The translations under genes were made by a program, and so were the position numbers. Shown one piece after another: positions 47,783-57,783 of a DNA stretch of 64,000 nucleotides. Position 1 is the stretch's first letter; each line of letters begins with the position of its first letter. The notes beneath the pieces are model-generated. The model did no database searches and was not told the DNA's origin. It was given only the letters and a program-made list of their open reading frames with translations. This DNA comes from an uncultured Holophaga sp. (GTDB lineage: Bacteria > Acidobacteriota > Holophagae > Holophagales > Holophagaceae): NCBI GenBank assembly GCA_963664825.1, contig OY761614.1, positions 1,792,001 to 1,856,000 on the forward strand, in the 5' to 3' direction.

Positions 47783-48952
47783 TCACTCCGTCAGGCGGAG
47801 CGCCTCCTCGAGGGCGAGCTTGAGGGTCAGGATCCGGAAGGGCAGGACGGGCACATAGTCCAGGGCCCCCAGGAACCGGGCCCGCTCCCGCTTGAGTTCC
47901 AGATCATCCTCGCTGCCCGCTAATAGGATCGGCAGGGGGCAGTTCTCCTCCTCCACCAGTTTCCGCAACAGTTCCATCCCACTGAGCAGCCGCAGCCGAT
48001 GATGCACCAGGATCATCCGGATGCGTCCCCAGCCCTGGGCCCCCTCTGTCAGGGCGGCGGCCAGGGGTTGGACAGGGCCCTGCAAGTAGTCCAGCGCCGC
48101 GAAACCAAAGATCCGCCCCAGGCCCTTGGCCAAATGCTCAGGCAGCGAATTCCCTTCGGCAATCACCAGGACCATGGGGTCCCGGTCCTCCAGGATCCGG
48201 ATCCGGGCTCCCGGCTTTTCACCAGAGGGCCCCAGGTTTCGGACCGTTCTCGCGCCTCCGGAATTGAAGGTCTCCCGGTCCCGCTGCATCTGGGTGAGGA
48301 GCGAATCCATCAGCCAGGTCCGGTAGGTGCGCAGGGCGGCCCCGGCCCCCTCCTCCTGGAAGATGATCCCGGCCAGTCCCTCGCGGAAATAGGCCACGGT
48401 CCCCTGCAGGCGGAGCCGCACGCCTGGCCCCAGGGTGAGCTCGATGGTGCTGGTGCCCTCCACCCGCAGCAGATCCAATCGTGAGGCATCGATCCCCTCG
48501 GGGCGCAGTTCGATCCCTTCGGCACCCATGGCGCGGACACGCCCCTCGCAGACATCGTGGCTTGGCGTCGAGAATAGGCAGGTGATGGGATTGTGCGGCA
48601 CGAAATTGGAGAATCGGCTGTCATCCAGGCAGACCAGCAGGCGGGGTTGTTCGAAGTAGTAGCAAGGGATGCCATCCAGGCAGCCCGGCTCCACCATGGA
48701 GAGGGTCGCCTCGAAGCGCTGACCCCGGTCGAGGAAAAAGGCATTGAGATGCCCGCCGGGCAGGAGATTCCATTGCAGGCGCTCGGCCTCTGAAATGGCG
48801 ACGGCGATCCGTCCCTCCGACTCGGCCAGTAGGGGGAAGAGCCCCCGGCGGACGCCCTTCCGCAGGAAGAGGCTGGCCCCCTCCCGACAGAGCCTCTGGA
48901 AGGCCATCCGGACGGTCTGGGCGTTGTCGATGGGGAGCGGGCTGATGGGCAC
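47783..48952 (-). CDS. PilZ/YcgR-like domains + atypical receiver domain
   Basis: C-terminal REC-like 'ILVHHRL..SGMELL...PILL...GALDY'; PilZ call is inference. Confidence 0.5.
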   Translation of the reverse strand: MPISPLPIDNAQTVRMAFQRLCREGASLFLRKGVRRGLFPLLAESEGRIAVAISEAERLQWNLLPGGHLNAFFLDRGQRFEATLSMVEPGCLDGIPCYYFEQPRLLVCLDDSRFSNFVPHNPITCLFSTPSHDVCEGRVRAMGAEGIELRPEGIDASRLDLLRVEGTSTIELTLGPGVRLRLQGTVAYFREGLAGIIFQEEGAGAALRTYRTWLMDSLLTQMQRDRETFNSGGARTVRNLGPSGEKPGARIRILEDRDPMVLVIAEGNSLPEHLAKGLGRIFGFAALDYLQGPVQPLAAALTEGAQGWGRIRMILVHHRLRLLSGMELLRKLVEEENCPLPILLAGSEDDLELKRERARFLGALDYVPVLPFRILTLKLALEEALRLTE

Positions 48953-49014
48953 ACCGCTATTATCGGCAGGGCTTCAGTGAACCCGAATTTTAAGTGCAGG
49001 ATCCCAAGCCGCAG

Positions 49015-49959
49015 TCAGGGGTGAGTCGAATCCAACACTTCTGCCACTGCGGCGTAGGGATCCATGTTCCTTTCCGCGATGGCTGCGATGAGGCCCTCCA
49101 CCTTGGCCTGTCCCACCCGATCACAGGCGCGCCGCGAGGCCTCCTCCGCCAGCAGTCCCGTGAAACGCAAGCGGGCCCGCTCCCGGGCCTTCCGCTGCAG
49201 GCCACCGTGTTCCCTCAGCCAGAGGCCGTGCTCGCGCACCTTGGCCACCAATTCGGGAATGCCCTCTCCCAGGGCCGCCACCGTGCGCAGGATGGGGGAA
49301 TCCCAGGGGCGGGTGGGCGACAGGGACTTCATGCCCTCGATCTCCCGCTCCACCTTTTCGACCCCATCCCGGTCGGCCTTGTTGATGACGAAGATATCGG
49401 CCACTTCCATGATTCCGGCTTTGAGAGCCTGGATCTCATCCCCCATGCCGGGGATGAGCACCACCACGCAGGTCTGGACGCAGCTCACCACATCCACCTC
49501 GTCCTGGCCCACGCCCACGGTCTCCACCAGCACGATGTCGTAGCCGGCGGCGTCCAGGAGGTCGATGGCATCCTGCGTGGCCCGGGCCAGCCCCCCGAGG
49601 GCCCCCCGGGTGGCCATGGAGCGGATGAAGATGCCGGGGTCATCGGCGATCTGGTTCATGCGGATGCGGTCCCCCAGGATGGCGCCGCCGCTGAAGGGCG
49701 AGGTGGGGTCCACCGCCAGGATGCCCACCTTCTTGCCTTCGGCGCGCAGGGCCCTGGCCAGCTTATCGGTGAGTGTCGACTTGCCCGCGCCCGGAGCGCC
49801 GGTGATCCCCAGAACGGCGGCTCGGCCCATGTGGGGCCAGACCAGGGACATGAGCTCCCGGGCCTGGGGGTGGCCGTTCTCCATCCAGGTGATGGCTCGG
49901 GCGAGGGCCCTGGGTTGGCCATCCAGGAGGGGGCGGAGGAGATCCGAGGCGCATTCCAT
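49015..49959 (-). CDS. meaB: Methylmalonyl-CoA mutase-associated GTPase
   Basis: GITGAPGAGKST, AVDPTSPFSGGAILGDRIRM, ETVGVGQ, NKAD. Confidence 0.93.
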   Translation of the reverse strand: MECASDLLRPLLDGQPRALARAITWMENGHPQARELMSLVWPHMGRAAVLGITGAPGAGKSTLTDKLARALRAEGKKVGILAVDPTSPFSGGAILGDRIRMNQIADDPGIFIRSMATRGALGGLARATQDAIDLLDAAGYDIVLVETVGVGQDEVDVVSCVQTCVVVLIPGMGDEIQALKAGIMEVADIFVINKADRDGVEKVEREIEGMKSLSPTRPWDSPILRTVAALGEGIPELVAKVREHGLWLREHGGLQRKARERARLRFTGLLAEEASRRACDRVGQAKVEGLIAAIAERNMDPYAAVAEVLDSTHP

Positions 49960-50054
49960 GGGACCAGGATGCCAGATTCACCACCTCCGCCCTTCGGCCT
50001 TTTCCCCGCGGATGGTAAGCTTTTATCTTGTGTTCAAGGCAACCCGAGGCCCTC

Positions 50055-50456
50055 ATGCCCCTTCCCAAGCCCCTTCAGCCCCGGCCCCGCAAGGAGAAGC
50101 CCTCCGAGCCCACCCAGTCCGGAGCCCCAGGGACCGTGCGGGTCCAGAAGCGCGACCCTTCCGCCCCTCCGGAACCCCGGGAGAAACTCTGCGCCACCTG
50201 CGGGAAGCCCTTCACGGTGACCCCCGATGAGAGGTTCTTCGCCTGTCCGGACTGCTACCGGAAGAGCCTGCCCCCGCACAAGTCCAAGAAACGGGGAGAG
50301 GCCCAGGTCCTGGTCCAGATCGAATGCGCCCAGTGCGGCGCCAAGGAATTCCTGAGTTTTGCCCCTACGGATCCCAAGACCGTCCTCTGCCGGGCCTGTT
50401 TCTCGAAACAGAAGCGGGAACTAAAGCTCGCTTCGCTACACCCCACCCGTCGATAG
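50055..50456 (+). CDS. Double zinc-ribbon protein (CxxC-x17-CxxC)
   Basis: CATC...CPDC and CAQC-x17-CRAC. Confidence 0.7.
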   Translation: MPLPKPLQPRPRKEKPSEPTQSGAPGTVRVQKRDPSAPPEPREKLCATCGKPFTVTPDERFFACPDCYRKSLPPHKSKKRGEAQVLVQIECAQCGAKEFLSFAPTDPKTVLCRACFSKQKRELKLASLHPTRR

Positions 50457-50470
50457 GAGTTCATTCCCCC

Positions 50471-51595
50471 ATGCGTTTTCCCCTTGCCCTCGTCCTTCCC
50501 CTTTCCCTGAGCCTCTGCGCCCAGACCGCATCCAAGCCCAAGCCCAAGACTAAGGCCGCTGCTCCCGCCAAGGTGAATCCCGAGGCGCAGGCGGCGCGGC
50601 AGACCCTGGAATCCGTCCTCAATTCCATCAACAACACCTGGTTTGGTCAGGCCTACCGGGATATCAATGCCGTCGATATCCAAGGCAGCCTCGCAGTCCA
50701 GGTCTCTGCGGCCACCGTCAACGCCAAGGTGGATCAGCTCAGCCAGGGCCAGCTCAAGGGGGGCGTCACCCAGAACGGCAAGGCCACCCTTCAGATCAAG
50801 AGCACCTACTTTGCCAATGCGGATTTCAAGACCGAAGCCACGGGCAGTTTCGGAAACCTGCTCTGGTACCGGGTGGGCAACCGCGGCTTTCGCTACAGCC
50901 AGACCCAGAACGCCTACACCACCCGCGTGGACCCGGGTCCCAGCGATGTGCCGACGTCCTACCTGGGCTGGTTCCGTTCCATGCTGAACGACATCAAGGC
51001 CGTCTATGTGGATGGCCCCGTCTTCAAGGCCAGCTTCGGGAAAGAGGAGAACGTGGGTGGCAAGAGCCTCCAGACCCTTGTCTTCAACGCCCCCACGTCG
51101 GCCTACGATGCCAAGAAGCGGGAGCAGAGCCTGGCCGATACCCTGGGCTTCTGGAAGCGGGGACGCCTGGAGATTCAGGTGGAGAAGACCACCCGTTTGC
51201 CCCACCGCATGAGCTTCACCAATGTCGGCCAGGGGATTCGGACCCAGATGGACTTCACCTATGACGCCAAGGGCCTTCCCCTCTCCATCAATATCACCAA
51301 CCACAGCAAGGGCATGGAAGGCCCCGGATACATCAAGGTGGGCTACGCGAATGGCCTCATGAGCAATGTCTCCGGCGAGCTGAGCGGCCAGGACAAGAAG
51401 GTGGACTTCAATCTGAATCTCGCCTGGGCCAAGGGCAAGAAGGTGAGCTCCATCCGGAGCGTGCCCCCTCCCACCGCCAATAAGCGCAGCAGCGAGGATC
51501 TGGAGATCGCCCTGCTCACCGGCCTGGCCCAGAACATCCTGGAACTCCAGCGTTCCGGACTGAACCTCCGCAGTGTCTCCCTTGGTGGAAAGTAA
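50471..51595 (+). CDS. Exported hypothetical protein
   Basis: Signal peptide, GGAG RBS, host-like codon usage. Confidence 0.7.
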   Translation: MRFPLALVLPLSLSLCAQTASKPKPKTKAAAPAKVNPEAQAARQTLESVLNSINNTWFGQAYRDINAVDIQGSLAVQVSAATVNAKVDQLSQGQLKGGVTQNGKATLQIKSTYFANADFKTEATGSFGNLLWYRVGNRGFRYSQTQNAYTTRVDPGPSDVPTSYLGWFRSMLNDIKAVYVDGPVFKASFGKEENVGGKSLQTLVFNAPTSAYDAKKREQSLADTLGFWKRGRLEIQVEKTTRLPHRMSFTNVGQGIRTQMDFTYDAKGLPLSINITNHSKGMEGPGYIKVGYANGLMSNVSGELSGQDKKVDFNLNLAWAKGKKVSSIRSVPPPTANKRSSEDLEIALLTGLAQNILELQRSGLNLRSVSLGGK

Positions 51596-51619
51596 ACCCG
51601 CGATACACTAGGAACCCGT

Positions 51620-51696
51620 CGGGGCGTGGCGCAGCCTGGTAGCGCATCTGCTTTGGGAGCAGAGGGTCGAAGGTTCGAATCCTTTCGCCCCGACCA
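51620..51696 (+). tRNA. tRNA-Pro (anticodon TGG)
   Basis: 77 nt; acceptor stem CGGGGCG/CGCCCCG, anticodon stem TCTGC/GCAGA with loop TTTGGGA, GGTTCGAATCC T-arm, encoded CCA. Confidence 0.96.
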
Positions 51697-51785
51697 ACAT
51701 TCACAACACTTAGAGCCGCTCACCAGGGCGGCTCTTTTGCTGTCTCAAGGGCTTTGCAACCACTTTGCGACCAACACCCTGAAAT

Positions 51786-51819
51786 CTGCCCCCCTCACAG
51801 GAAACAATGAGGGGGGCAG
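51786..51819 (-). terminator. Hairpin downstream of the JAB-E1 gene
   Basis: 12-bp stem CTGCCCCCCTCA/TGAGGGGGGCAG just past the stop at 51825. Confidence 0.6.
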
Positions 51820-51824
51820 TCGGA

Positions 51825-53240
51825 TCACATTCCTCGGTATTCCGGACGCGGCAAGGTGAACATTCGGACCCGATCACCTCTTCCAAGGACGGTGCTCGCA
51901 TCAGAGCAGATTGGGCAAGTTGGCCACGACCGCTTCCGTGCCTTCCGTATGCCAGGTGGAGATACGATGCCCAGGAACTGAAACAGCTCTATGTCCTCTC
52001 CTGGAGGAACCAAACCTGTCGCCCATGCGATTAGTTGCTGCACTCCCCGAGCAGCGATCTGCATGTTGAAGACCATCATCGATGGTTCCGTGATATTGAT
52101 GCCTCGTACGTATCCTTCATAGGTGCGCTTCTCCCGCTCGTGAGGGGGCAGGCCTTCCGCTTGGAGCCGAGATGGATCGATCTGTCCCGAACAGGCCAGA
52201 CAGGGGGTTCCTGGCAGCATGAAGTTGACACGTCCAACCTCTTTGACCAGCTTGCCGGTTGTCTCGTCCGCTACGAACTGAACTCCCAGGTCGAGCACTG
52301 GAACGAAGAATTGGTGGCAGAGCTGGTTTATGTAAGCTCGGCTGGTCGTATCATCGGTGCCGCAGATGACAGCATCCAGCGCTGCCAGGTGTTGAAGTAG
52401 GTCAGGAGATTCCACCGGGCCGTGCTATGTCTGGACCTGCGCATCGCCTCGGTGAGCCAAGATGTTTCGCTTAACAACCTCGACCTTTGGAGAGCCGATG
52501 TCACCTGGACCGACTCCGAGCATTCTGGGCAGGTTACTGATTGAAACCTGGTCAGGATCGACTAGGACTAACTCTTTGACGCCCGAATGGACACAGAGGG
52601 TGGCGGCAATAGAGCCGATTCCACCGCACCCAACAATGCCGACTCTCAGTTCCTCGAGGGCATGCTGACCATCTTTTCCAAGGAGTCGAGCCTGGCGGTC
52701 AAACTGTTCATCGAAGGTGCTCCCAACCTGCGACACCATTGAATCAGAGCAGGTGATCCGCGTCTCAGCACGGAAGACTTCCACCTTTTCGATTCCCTGC
52801 CACTTTCTCGAGGTGAAGTAGACTCGCCCCTGGACGCAGTTAAGCGTCTGGTCCCAGACCAAGCAGGAATGACTCTTCCCAGGGAGCATGCGCCCAAAGA
52901 ACTCAAAGGTTCTTTCGTTCCCCAAATCGTCAGCCTTGGAAAAGGCAACGGCCCCCTTGGACATTGGGTGGGTATGGACCATGCAGATGCTTCCCTCATG
53001 CTTCTGGGCATGTCGTGCGATCCGCAACATCGCAGAGGGGGCCAAGCTGATTTGATCGAATTCATGCACTTGGAAATCATCTGGCGCTAGGGCCAGGACT
53101 TCCTGAACAAGCAGGATCGCGTCATCACCACCACTTCCAGCCTCTCCACAGACCAGGAAGCAGGCTTGCTCCCTGGTCATATCGGAGAGGAGGTTCAGAA
53201 GGAGGCGGTGATGGGCGTCCAGGATTCGCATCCGGATACC
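51825..53240 (-). pseudogene. JAB/MPN peptidase - ThiF/E1 fusion (BubCD-like) interrupted by one in-frame TAG at 52425-52427
   Basis: VHTHP-x6-FSKAD JAB motif; FDRQ, VGCGGIG, DPD, SNLPR, GTD, CLAC and CPIC; the two ORF halves are in the same frame (...VQT*HGPVES...); start approximate. Confidence 0.85.
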
Positions 53241-53253
53241 CATCTCTGCTCTC

Positions 53254-53478
53254 CTAGGCTGCACTGGTGAAGCGTGTCTGGCAAAAACGCAGGTGGCTCA
53301 GCAGACAGCTAGTGCCGGGCCTCCAATTACTCTGCGGGTCCCGGTAGTGCCAGCTGAATCGCTGCCAGGTCTTCCCTAGATGCGGTTCAAGGCAGCTTGC
53401 GCCACCGGGCTCACGTCCGTCGCTGAGCCGCAATGTCGGATCCAGCCAGAACATGTCCATACCGGCCATGGGGTATCG
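53254..53478 (-). pseudogene. C-terminal half of prokaryotic E2 family E (BubB-like)
   Basis: YPMAGMDMFW...WQRFSWH...WRPG...LLSHL; 5' half replaced by HTH gene sequence. Confidence 0.75.
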
Positions 53479-53657
53479 AGCCAGGACTGAACCTCGTCTG
53501 GATCGTAGATGCGCTTCCTGGGCGATAGCTGGATGCACTTCGGCTTGTTAGGGCGCTGCCGGAAGGCGCGGACGCTGCATCCGAGCAGGCGAGCGAGATC
53601 AGCTTCGCTGAGGTAGCGCTTGGGAGTGGGAAGGTGGACCTCCCCTCCATGCTGCAC
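53476..53657 (-). pseudogene. AlpA/excisionase-like HTH, 3' truncated at a deletion junction
   Basis: RYLSEADLARLLGCS...PKCIQLSPRKRIYDPDEVQSWL. Confidence 0.7.
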
Positions 53658-53874
53658 TCGGGCTTCTTGAGAAGGGCCTCAAGGTTGGCGTCGGTCAGGT
53701 TGATCTTCATCGTCATTTTCGACCACCTTTGCAACCACCAGTATGAGGTTGCAACCAGTTTCTACCAGACATAAGTGGTCGAAAATAGCCCGAATTGGAT
53801 CTTTGCAACTGCAAATAGTGTTTATTATCAGTCACAATACATAGCTGCCCCTCTGCTCGTTTATTACGCCCCTT

Positions 53875-53925
53875 TGCTTTGGGAGCAGAGGGTCGAAGGT
53901 TCGAATCCTTTCGCCCCGACCAACA
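53875..53925 (+). repeat. attR: duplicate of tRNA-Pro 3' half
   Basis: TGCTTTGGGAGC...CCCCGACCAACA exact copy, lacks tRNA 5' half. Confidence 0.92.
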
Positions 53926-53959
53926 AACAAAGGGCACCCTCGGGTGCCCTTTGTTTGTT
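53922..53959. terminator. Bidirectional terminator, likely the original tRNA terminator
   Basis: 17-bp perfect inverted repeat AACAAACAAAGGGCACC/GGTGCCCTTTGTTTGTT. Confidence 0.8.
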
Positions 53960-54349
53960 GAACATGAGCTTTCGAAAGGGTTTGCCTCAGGGATCACTTT
54001 CTCTTTTTGGCTGGGGTGAGAGTGGCCTGCTTCAAGGGCTCGGAAATCTTGCTGTTCAAATCCGCACCCCGGGAGGTCGCTCCATGCACGACGGGAGGTT
54101 TGGCTTTTTTGGGCTTCTTATCGTTGGACATGAATGCTCTTTCTGAGCTCCGTCAAATGGGGACCGGGCTCTTGACCCATCATGGCCCCAATCGCGGGAA
54201 GCTCCGGATTATTCGAAAGTAGCTTCGAATCGCCCCTCCAAGCGCGTACGACCATAATCCTGGGGCGGAACTGCCGCCCATGGGATAATCGTTGTCTACC
54301 GAGTCGCCTCCTGCGTCCGGGCAGATAACCCTCAACGCGAATCCGATCC

Positions 54350-55588
54350 ATGGCCTCTCTGTCCCATCTTCGTCACGCCTTTCGAGCCCTGAAACACCGG
54401 AATTTTCAGATCTTCTGGGCAGGCCAAGGCATCAGCGTGGCGGGGACCTGGATGCAGACCATGGCCCAGTCCTGGCTGCTCTACCGCCTCACGAATTCGG
54501 CGCTGGCCCTGGGTTTTCTCACGGTCGCACGCTTCGGACCCGCCCTGGTGATCGCCCCCTTGGCGGGCCTGGCGGCGGACCGTTTGCCCCGGCGCAAGGT
54601 GGTGATCGGCACCCAGGCCACGAGTCTGGTCCTGGCGTCGGCGCTGGCGGTGCTCACGCTGGGGGGCTGGATCCGGGTGAGCCACATCATGATCCTGGCC
54701 CTCCTCCAGGGCAGCGTGGATTCCCTGGACATGACCGTGCGCCAGACCTTCCAGATGGATCTGGTGGGCGCCGAAGATCTCCAGAGTGCGGTGTCGCTCA
54801 ATTCCGCGGCCTTCAATTCCGGCCGCATGGTGGGTCCCGCCCTGGCGGGGCTCCTGGTGGCCAGACTCGGCGAGGGCTGGTGCTTCGTCGTGAACGCCGC
54901 CAGCTACCTGGCGGTGCTGACCTCCCTCTTCTTCCTGCACGTGAAACCCGTGGGCCAGGGGGCTCCTCGGCGATCCATGGCTCAGGATCTGGCGGCGGGA
55001 TTGGGCTACGCCTGGGGCACCCCTGCCATCCGCCGCGTGATGCTGGCGGTGGCCATGACCTCCGCCATCGGCCTCTCCGCCAATGCCATCACGCCCGCCT
55101 TGGCGCGGGATGTCCTCTCTGCGGGTCCCCGCGGCTATGGCGCCATCCTGGCGGGAGCGGGGGTGGGGGCGATCCTGGGGGCTCTGGTGGCGGCGGCAGC
55201 TTCGACCTCCAAGCGGGCCGCCCTGGTCAATGTGATGGCCCTTGGGGCCATGGGTCTCAGCCTCATCGGCCTGGGGCTGGCCCGGGACCTCCGCCTAGCC
55301 GTGCTGTGCATGACGCTGGTGGGCAGCGCCAGCGCCTTGCAACTGGCCACCAGCAACACCTTTCTCCAGACCGCCTCCAGGCCGGAGCTGCGGGGCCGGG
55401 TGGTGTCGCTTTACGTCTGGATCTTCCAGGGCCTTGCCCCCGTGGGAGGCTTGGGGGCGGGCTGGGTCGCCCATCGTGCGGGGATCCCAACGGCCATCCT
55501 GGGTTCTGGCCTGCTCTGCCTCCTCGCCGGGGGCGCCCTCAGCCTCGTGCCCTCGGGGCAGGTGCTACCGCCCCAGGGCCAGGCCTAG
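54350..55588 (+). CDS. MFS transporter
   Basis: FRALKHRNF..FW.GQ, AGLAADRLPRR, LRGRV; about 12 TM helices. Confidence 0.88.
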   Translation: MASLSHLRHAFRALKHRNFQIFWAGQGISVAGTWMQTMAQSWLLYRLTNSALALGFLTVARFGPALVIAPLAGLAADRLPRRKVVIGTQATSLVLASALAVLTLGGWIRVSHIMILALLQGSVDSLDMTVRQTFQMDLVGAEDLQSAVSLNSAAFNSGRMVGPALAGLLVARLGEGWCFVVNAASYLAVLTSLFFLHVKPVGQGAPRRSMAQDLAAGLGYAWGTPAIRRVMLAVAMTSAIGLSANAITPALARDVLSAGPRGYGAILAGAGVGAILGALVAAAASTSKRAALVNVMALGAMGLSLIGLGLARDLRLAVLCMTLVGSASALQLATSNTFLQTASRPELRGRVVSLYVWIFQGLAPVGGLGAGWVAHRAGIPTAILGSGLLCLLAGGALSLVPSGQVLPPQGQA

Positions 55589-56440
55589 GCCCAGCAGGAG
55601 ACCGTAGGCGAGTTCCATGCGGCCCGTGGCCCGCAGGATCGGCACGAGGGCCTGGGCGGAGGCTCCGGTCAGGACGGCCTGGACCGGTTGGAGCGCGAAG
55701 GGCAGGACGATAAAGGCGAGGGCCGTCCAGGGGTGGGTGGGCAGCATGGAGACCACGGCCAGCGCCGCCATTCCCAGGAGTCCGGCGTAGAGCCTGCGGG
55801 TGCCGGCATCCCCCAATCGAACGGCCAGCGTGCGCTTTCCGGAGGCCTGGTCGGTGGGAATATCCCGCAGGTTATTGGCCACCAGGAGCGCACAGGCCAG
55901 GGCGCCGATGCCCATGGCGGCGCAGAGCGCGGGAAGGGAGATTCTTCCCGCCTGGGTGTAGGTCGTGCCCAGCACCGCCACCAGGCCGAAGAAGATGAAT
56001 ACGAAGATCTCGCCCCAGCCGCGGTATCCGTAGGGGCGGCGCCCTCCCGTGTAGCACCACGCGGCCGGTAGGCACGCGGCTCCCACCACCGCCATCCACC
56101 AGGCCTGGGACAGGGCGATGAGGGTGATGCCGGCGACGGCGGCGACGGCAAAGGCCGCGAAGGCGGCCATGCGCACCGCCTTGGGCCGGGCCGCCCCCGA
56201 ACCCGTGAGCCGCAGGGGGCCCACCCGCTCGGCATCGGTGCCCCGGATCCCATCGGAATAGTCGTTGGCGAAATTGACGCCCACCTGGAGGGCCAGGGCG
56301 ACGAGGAGGGCCAGTGTGGCCCGGACGGGGCTGGCCCCATGGAGGGCAGCCGCCGCGCCCGTGCCCGCGGCCACCGGCGCCAGCGCCGCGGGCAGCGTCC
56401 AGGGGCGGGCGCCCTGCAACCACTGGCCGGATGTCGCCAT
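55565..56440 (-). CDS. menA: 1,4-dihydroxy-2-naphthoate polyprenyltransferase
   Basis: ARPWTL, NFANDYSDGIRGTD, NNLRDIPTD..SGKRTLAVRLG. Confidence 0.93.
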   Translation of the reverse strand: MATSGQWLQGARPWTLPAALAPVAAGTGAAAALHGASPVRATLALLVALALQVGVNFANDYSDGIRGTDAERVGPLRLTGSGAARPKAVRMAAFAAFAVAAVAGITLIALSQAWWMAVVGAACLPAAWCYTGGRRPYGYRGWGEIFVFIFFGLVAVLGTTYTQAGRISLPALCAAMGIGALACALLVANNLRDIPTDQASGKRTLAVRLGDAGTRRLYAGLLGMAALAVVSMLPTHPWTALAFIVLPFALQPVQAVLTGASAQALVPILRATGRMELAYGLLLGLGLALGR

Positions 56441-56476
56441 GGCACCTCCCTGCGCTTTCCGAGCGCTTTTCCGATA

Positions 56477-57709
56477 CTACTCGAGGGAGGCCAGGACCTC
56501 CGGGTCGGGAGAGGCCTCCGCGGTCTGGGTGGTCCAGCCGGTGAAGGTGATCAGGATGGTCAGGAGCTGGATGAGGATGACCAGGGCCACGCAGGCCGAC
56601 CATCCGCCCCAGCGCCACAGGAAGCCGGGGAGCTCCGACCCCACGCTGCCTCCGATGTAGTAGCAGGTCACGTAGAGCCCGACGGCGAGGGCCTTGCCAT
56701 GGCTGGCGGCCAGGCCCATGTAGCTATTGGCGGCGGCCTGGGCCACGAAGACTCCGGAGCAGCAGAGGGCCAGGCCCGCCACCACCATCCAGAGACTGGG
56801 AATGAGGGTGAGCAGCATCCCTCCCATGCCGGCGCCCATGGCCAGCGCCAGGGCTTTCCGGTGGCCCCACCGATCGATGAGGCGGCCACAGGGGGGCGTG
56901 ACGACCGCGCCGATGAGGTAGGTGAAAAACACCGATCCGATGGCCAGGGGGCCCAGGTGGAAGGGCTCTCCGGCCAGATGGAAGGTCACGTAGGTGAAGG
57001 AAGCCACCAGGGAGAAGAGCACGCAGAATCCCGCCGCGAAGGTGGCCAGGAGCCTCGGGTTGCGGAGATGGGAGGCCATGCCCGCCAGCAGGGACCCTTC
57101 CCGGGCGCCCCCGGTGAAGTGCCGTTCCTTGGGAAGCCAGGCCTGGAGCACCAGGGCGGAGCCGGCGCCCATGGCGCCCAGGGCCACGAAGGCCCAGTGC
57201 CAGTTCCAGTGGGAGACGATCAGGGCCGATAGCATGCGTCCGGTGAATCCACCGATGGCGGTGCCTGTGACATAGAGGGCCATGGCTCGGCCCGCGCCCC
57301 CTGCCACCCATTCCTCCTGGACATAGGCCACCGTCACCGCAAAGACCCCGGGCGTGAAGAGGCCCTGGAGGAACCTCCAGAAGATCAGGGCCGGGAGCCC
57401 CTGGGCCGTGGCGTTCAGCAGAGTGGCCACCGCCAGGAGGGTGGCCGATCCGACGATGAGGCGCTTGCGCCCCCAGCGATCCGCCAGGGAGCCCACCAGG
57501 GGGGCCGCCATGGCCACCCCGAGGGTGGAGGCTGTGAGGGTCAGGCTCACCGTGCTCTTGCCCACCTGGAAATAGCGCTCCAGCATGGGCAGGAGCGGCT
57601 GGGTGGCATAGAGCCCCAGGAAGGCGCAGAAGCCCGCGAAGGTGACGGCCCAGGAACGGCGGCTTTCCGATTTCCGGACAGAGATCTGAAAAAGAGCATC
57701 CTCGCGCAT
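56477..57709 (-). CDS. MFS transporter (YnfM-like)
   Basis: LYATQPLLP, GSLADRWGRK, AYVQEE, GGFTGR, LYVTCYYIG; start approximate. Confidence 0.87.
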   Translation of the reverse strand: MREDALFQISVRKSESRRSWAVTFAGFCAFLGLYATQPLLPMLERYFQVGKSTVSLTLTASTLGVAMAAPLVGSLADRWGRKRLIVGSATLLAVATLLNATAQGLPALIFWRFLQGLFTPGVFAVTVAYVQEEWVAGGAGRAMALYVTGTAIGGFTGRMLSALIVSHWNWHWAFVALGAMGAGSALVLQAWLPKERHFTGGAREGSLLAGMASHLRNPRLLATFAAGFCVLFSLVASFTYVTFHLAGEPFHLGPLAIGSVFFTYLIGAVVTPPCGRLIDRWGHRKALALAMGAGMGGMLLTLIPSLWMVVAGLALCCSGVFVAQAAANSYMGLAASHGKALAVGLYVTCYYIGGSVGSELPGFLWRWGGWSACVALVILIQLLTILITFTGWTTQTAEASPDPEVLASLE

Positions 57710-57783
57710 GTTTTCAGTATTGGATCCGATCAATCCAATGGAAAATATCTGTTTAAGGCCTGTCTAATACCTAGGGGGTCTCA

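Larger units (their letters stand above)
51649..53925. mobile_element. Decayed tRNA-Pro-integrated element bounded by a 51-bp att direct repeat
   Basis: 51649-51699 is identical to 53875-53925 (offset 2226); lower GC inside; no intact integrase. Confidence 0.88.

Noticed and set aside
53875..53925. Second tRNA-Pro gene
   Set aside because: Only the 3' half is present; it is an att site
53994..54132. Possible tiny Lys-rich frameshifted ORF on minus strand (MSNDKKPKK...PAKKRK)
   Set aside because: Needs a frameshift, has no recognisable motif and cannot be supported without homologues
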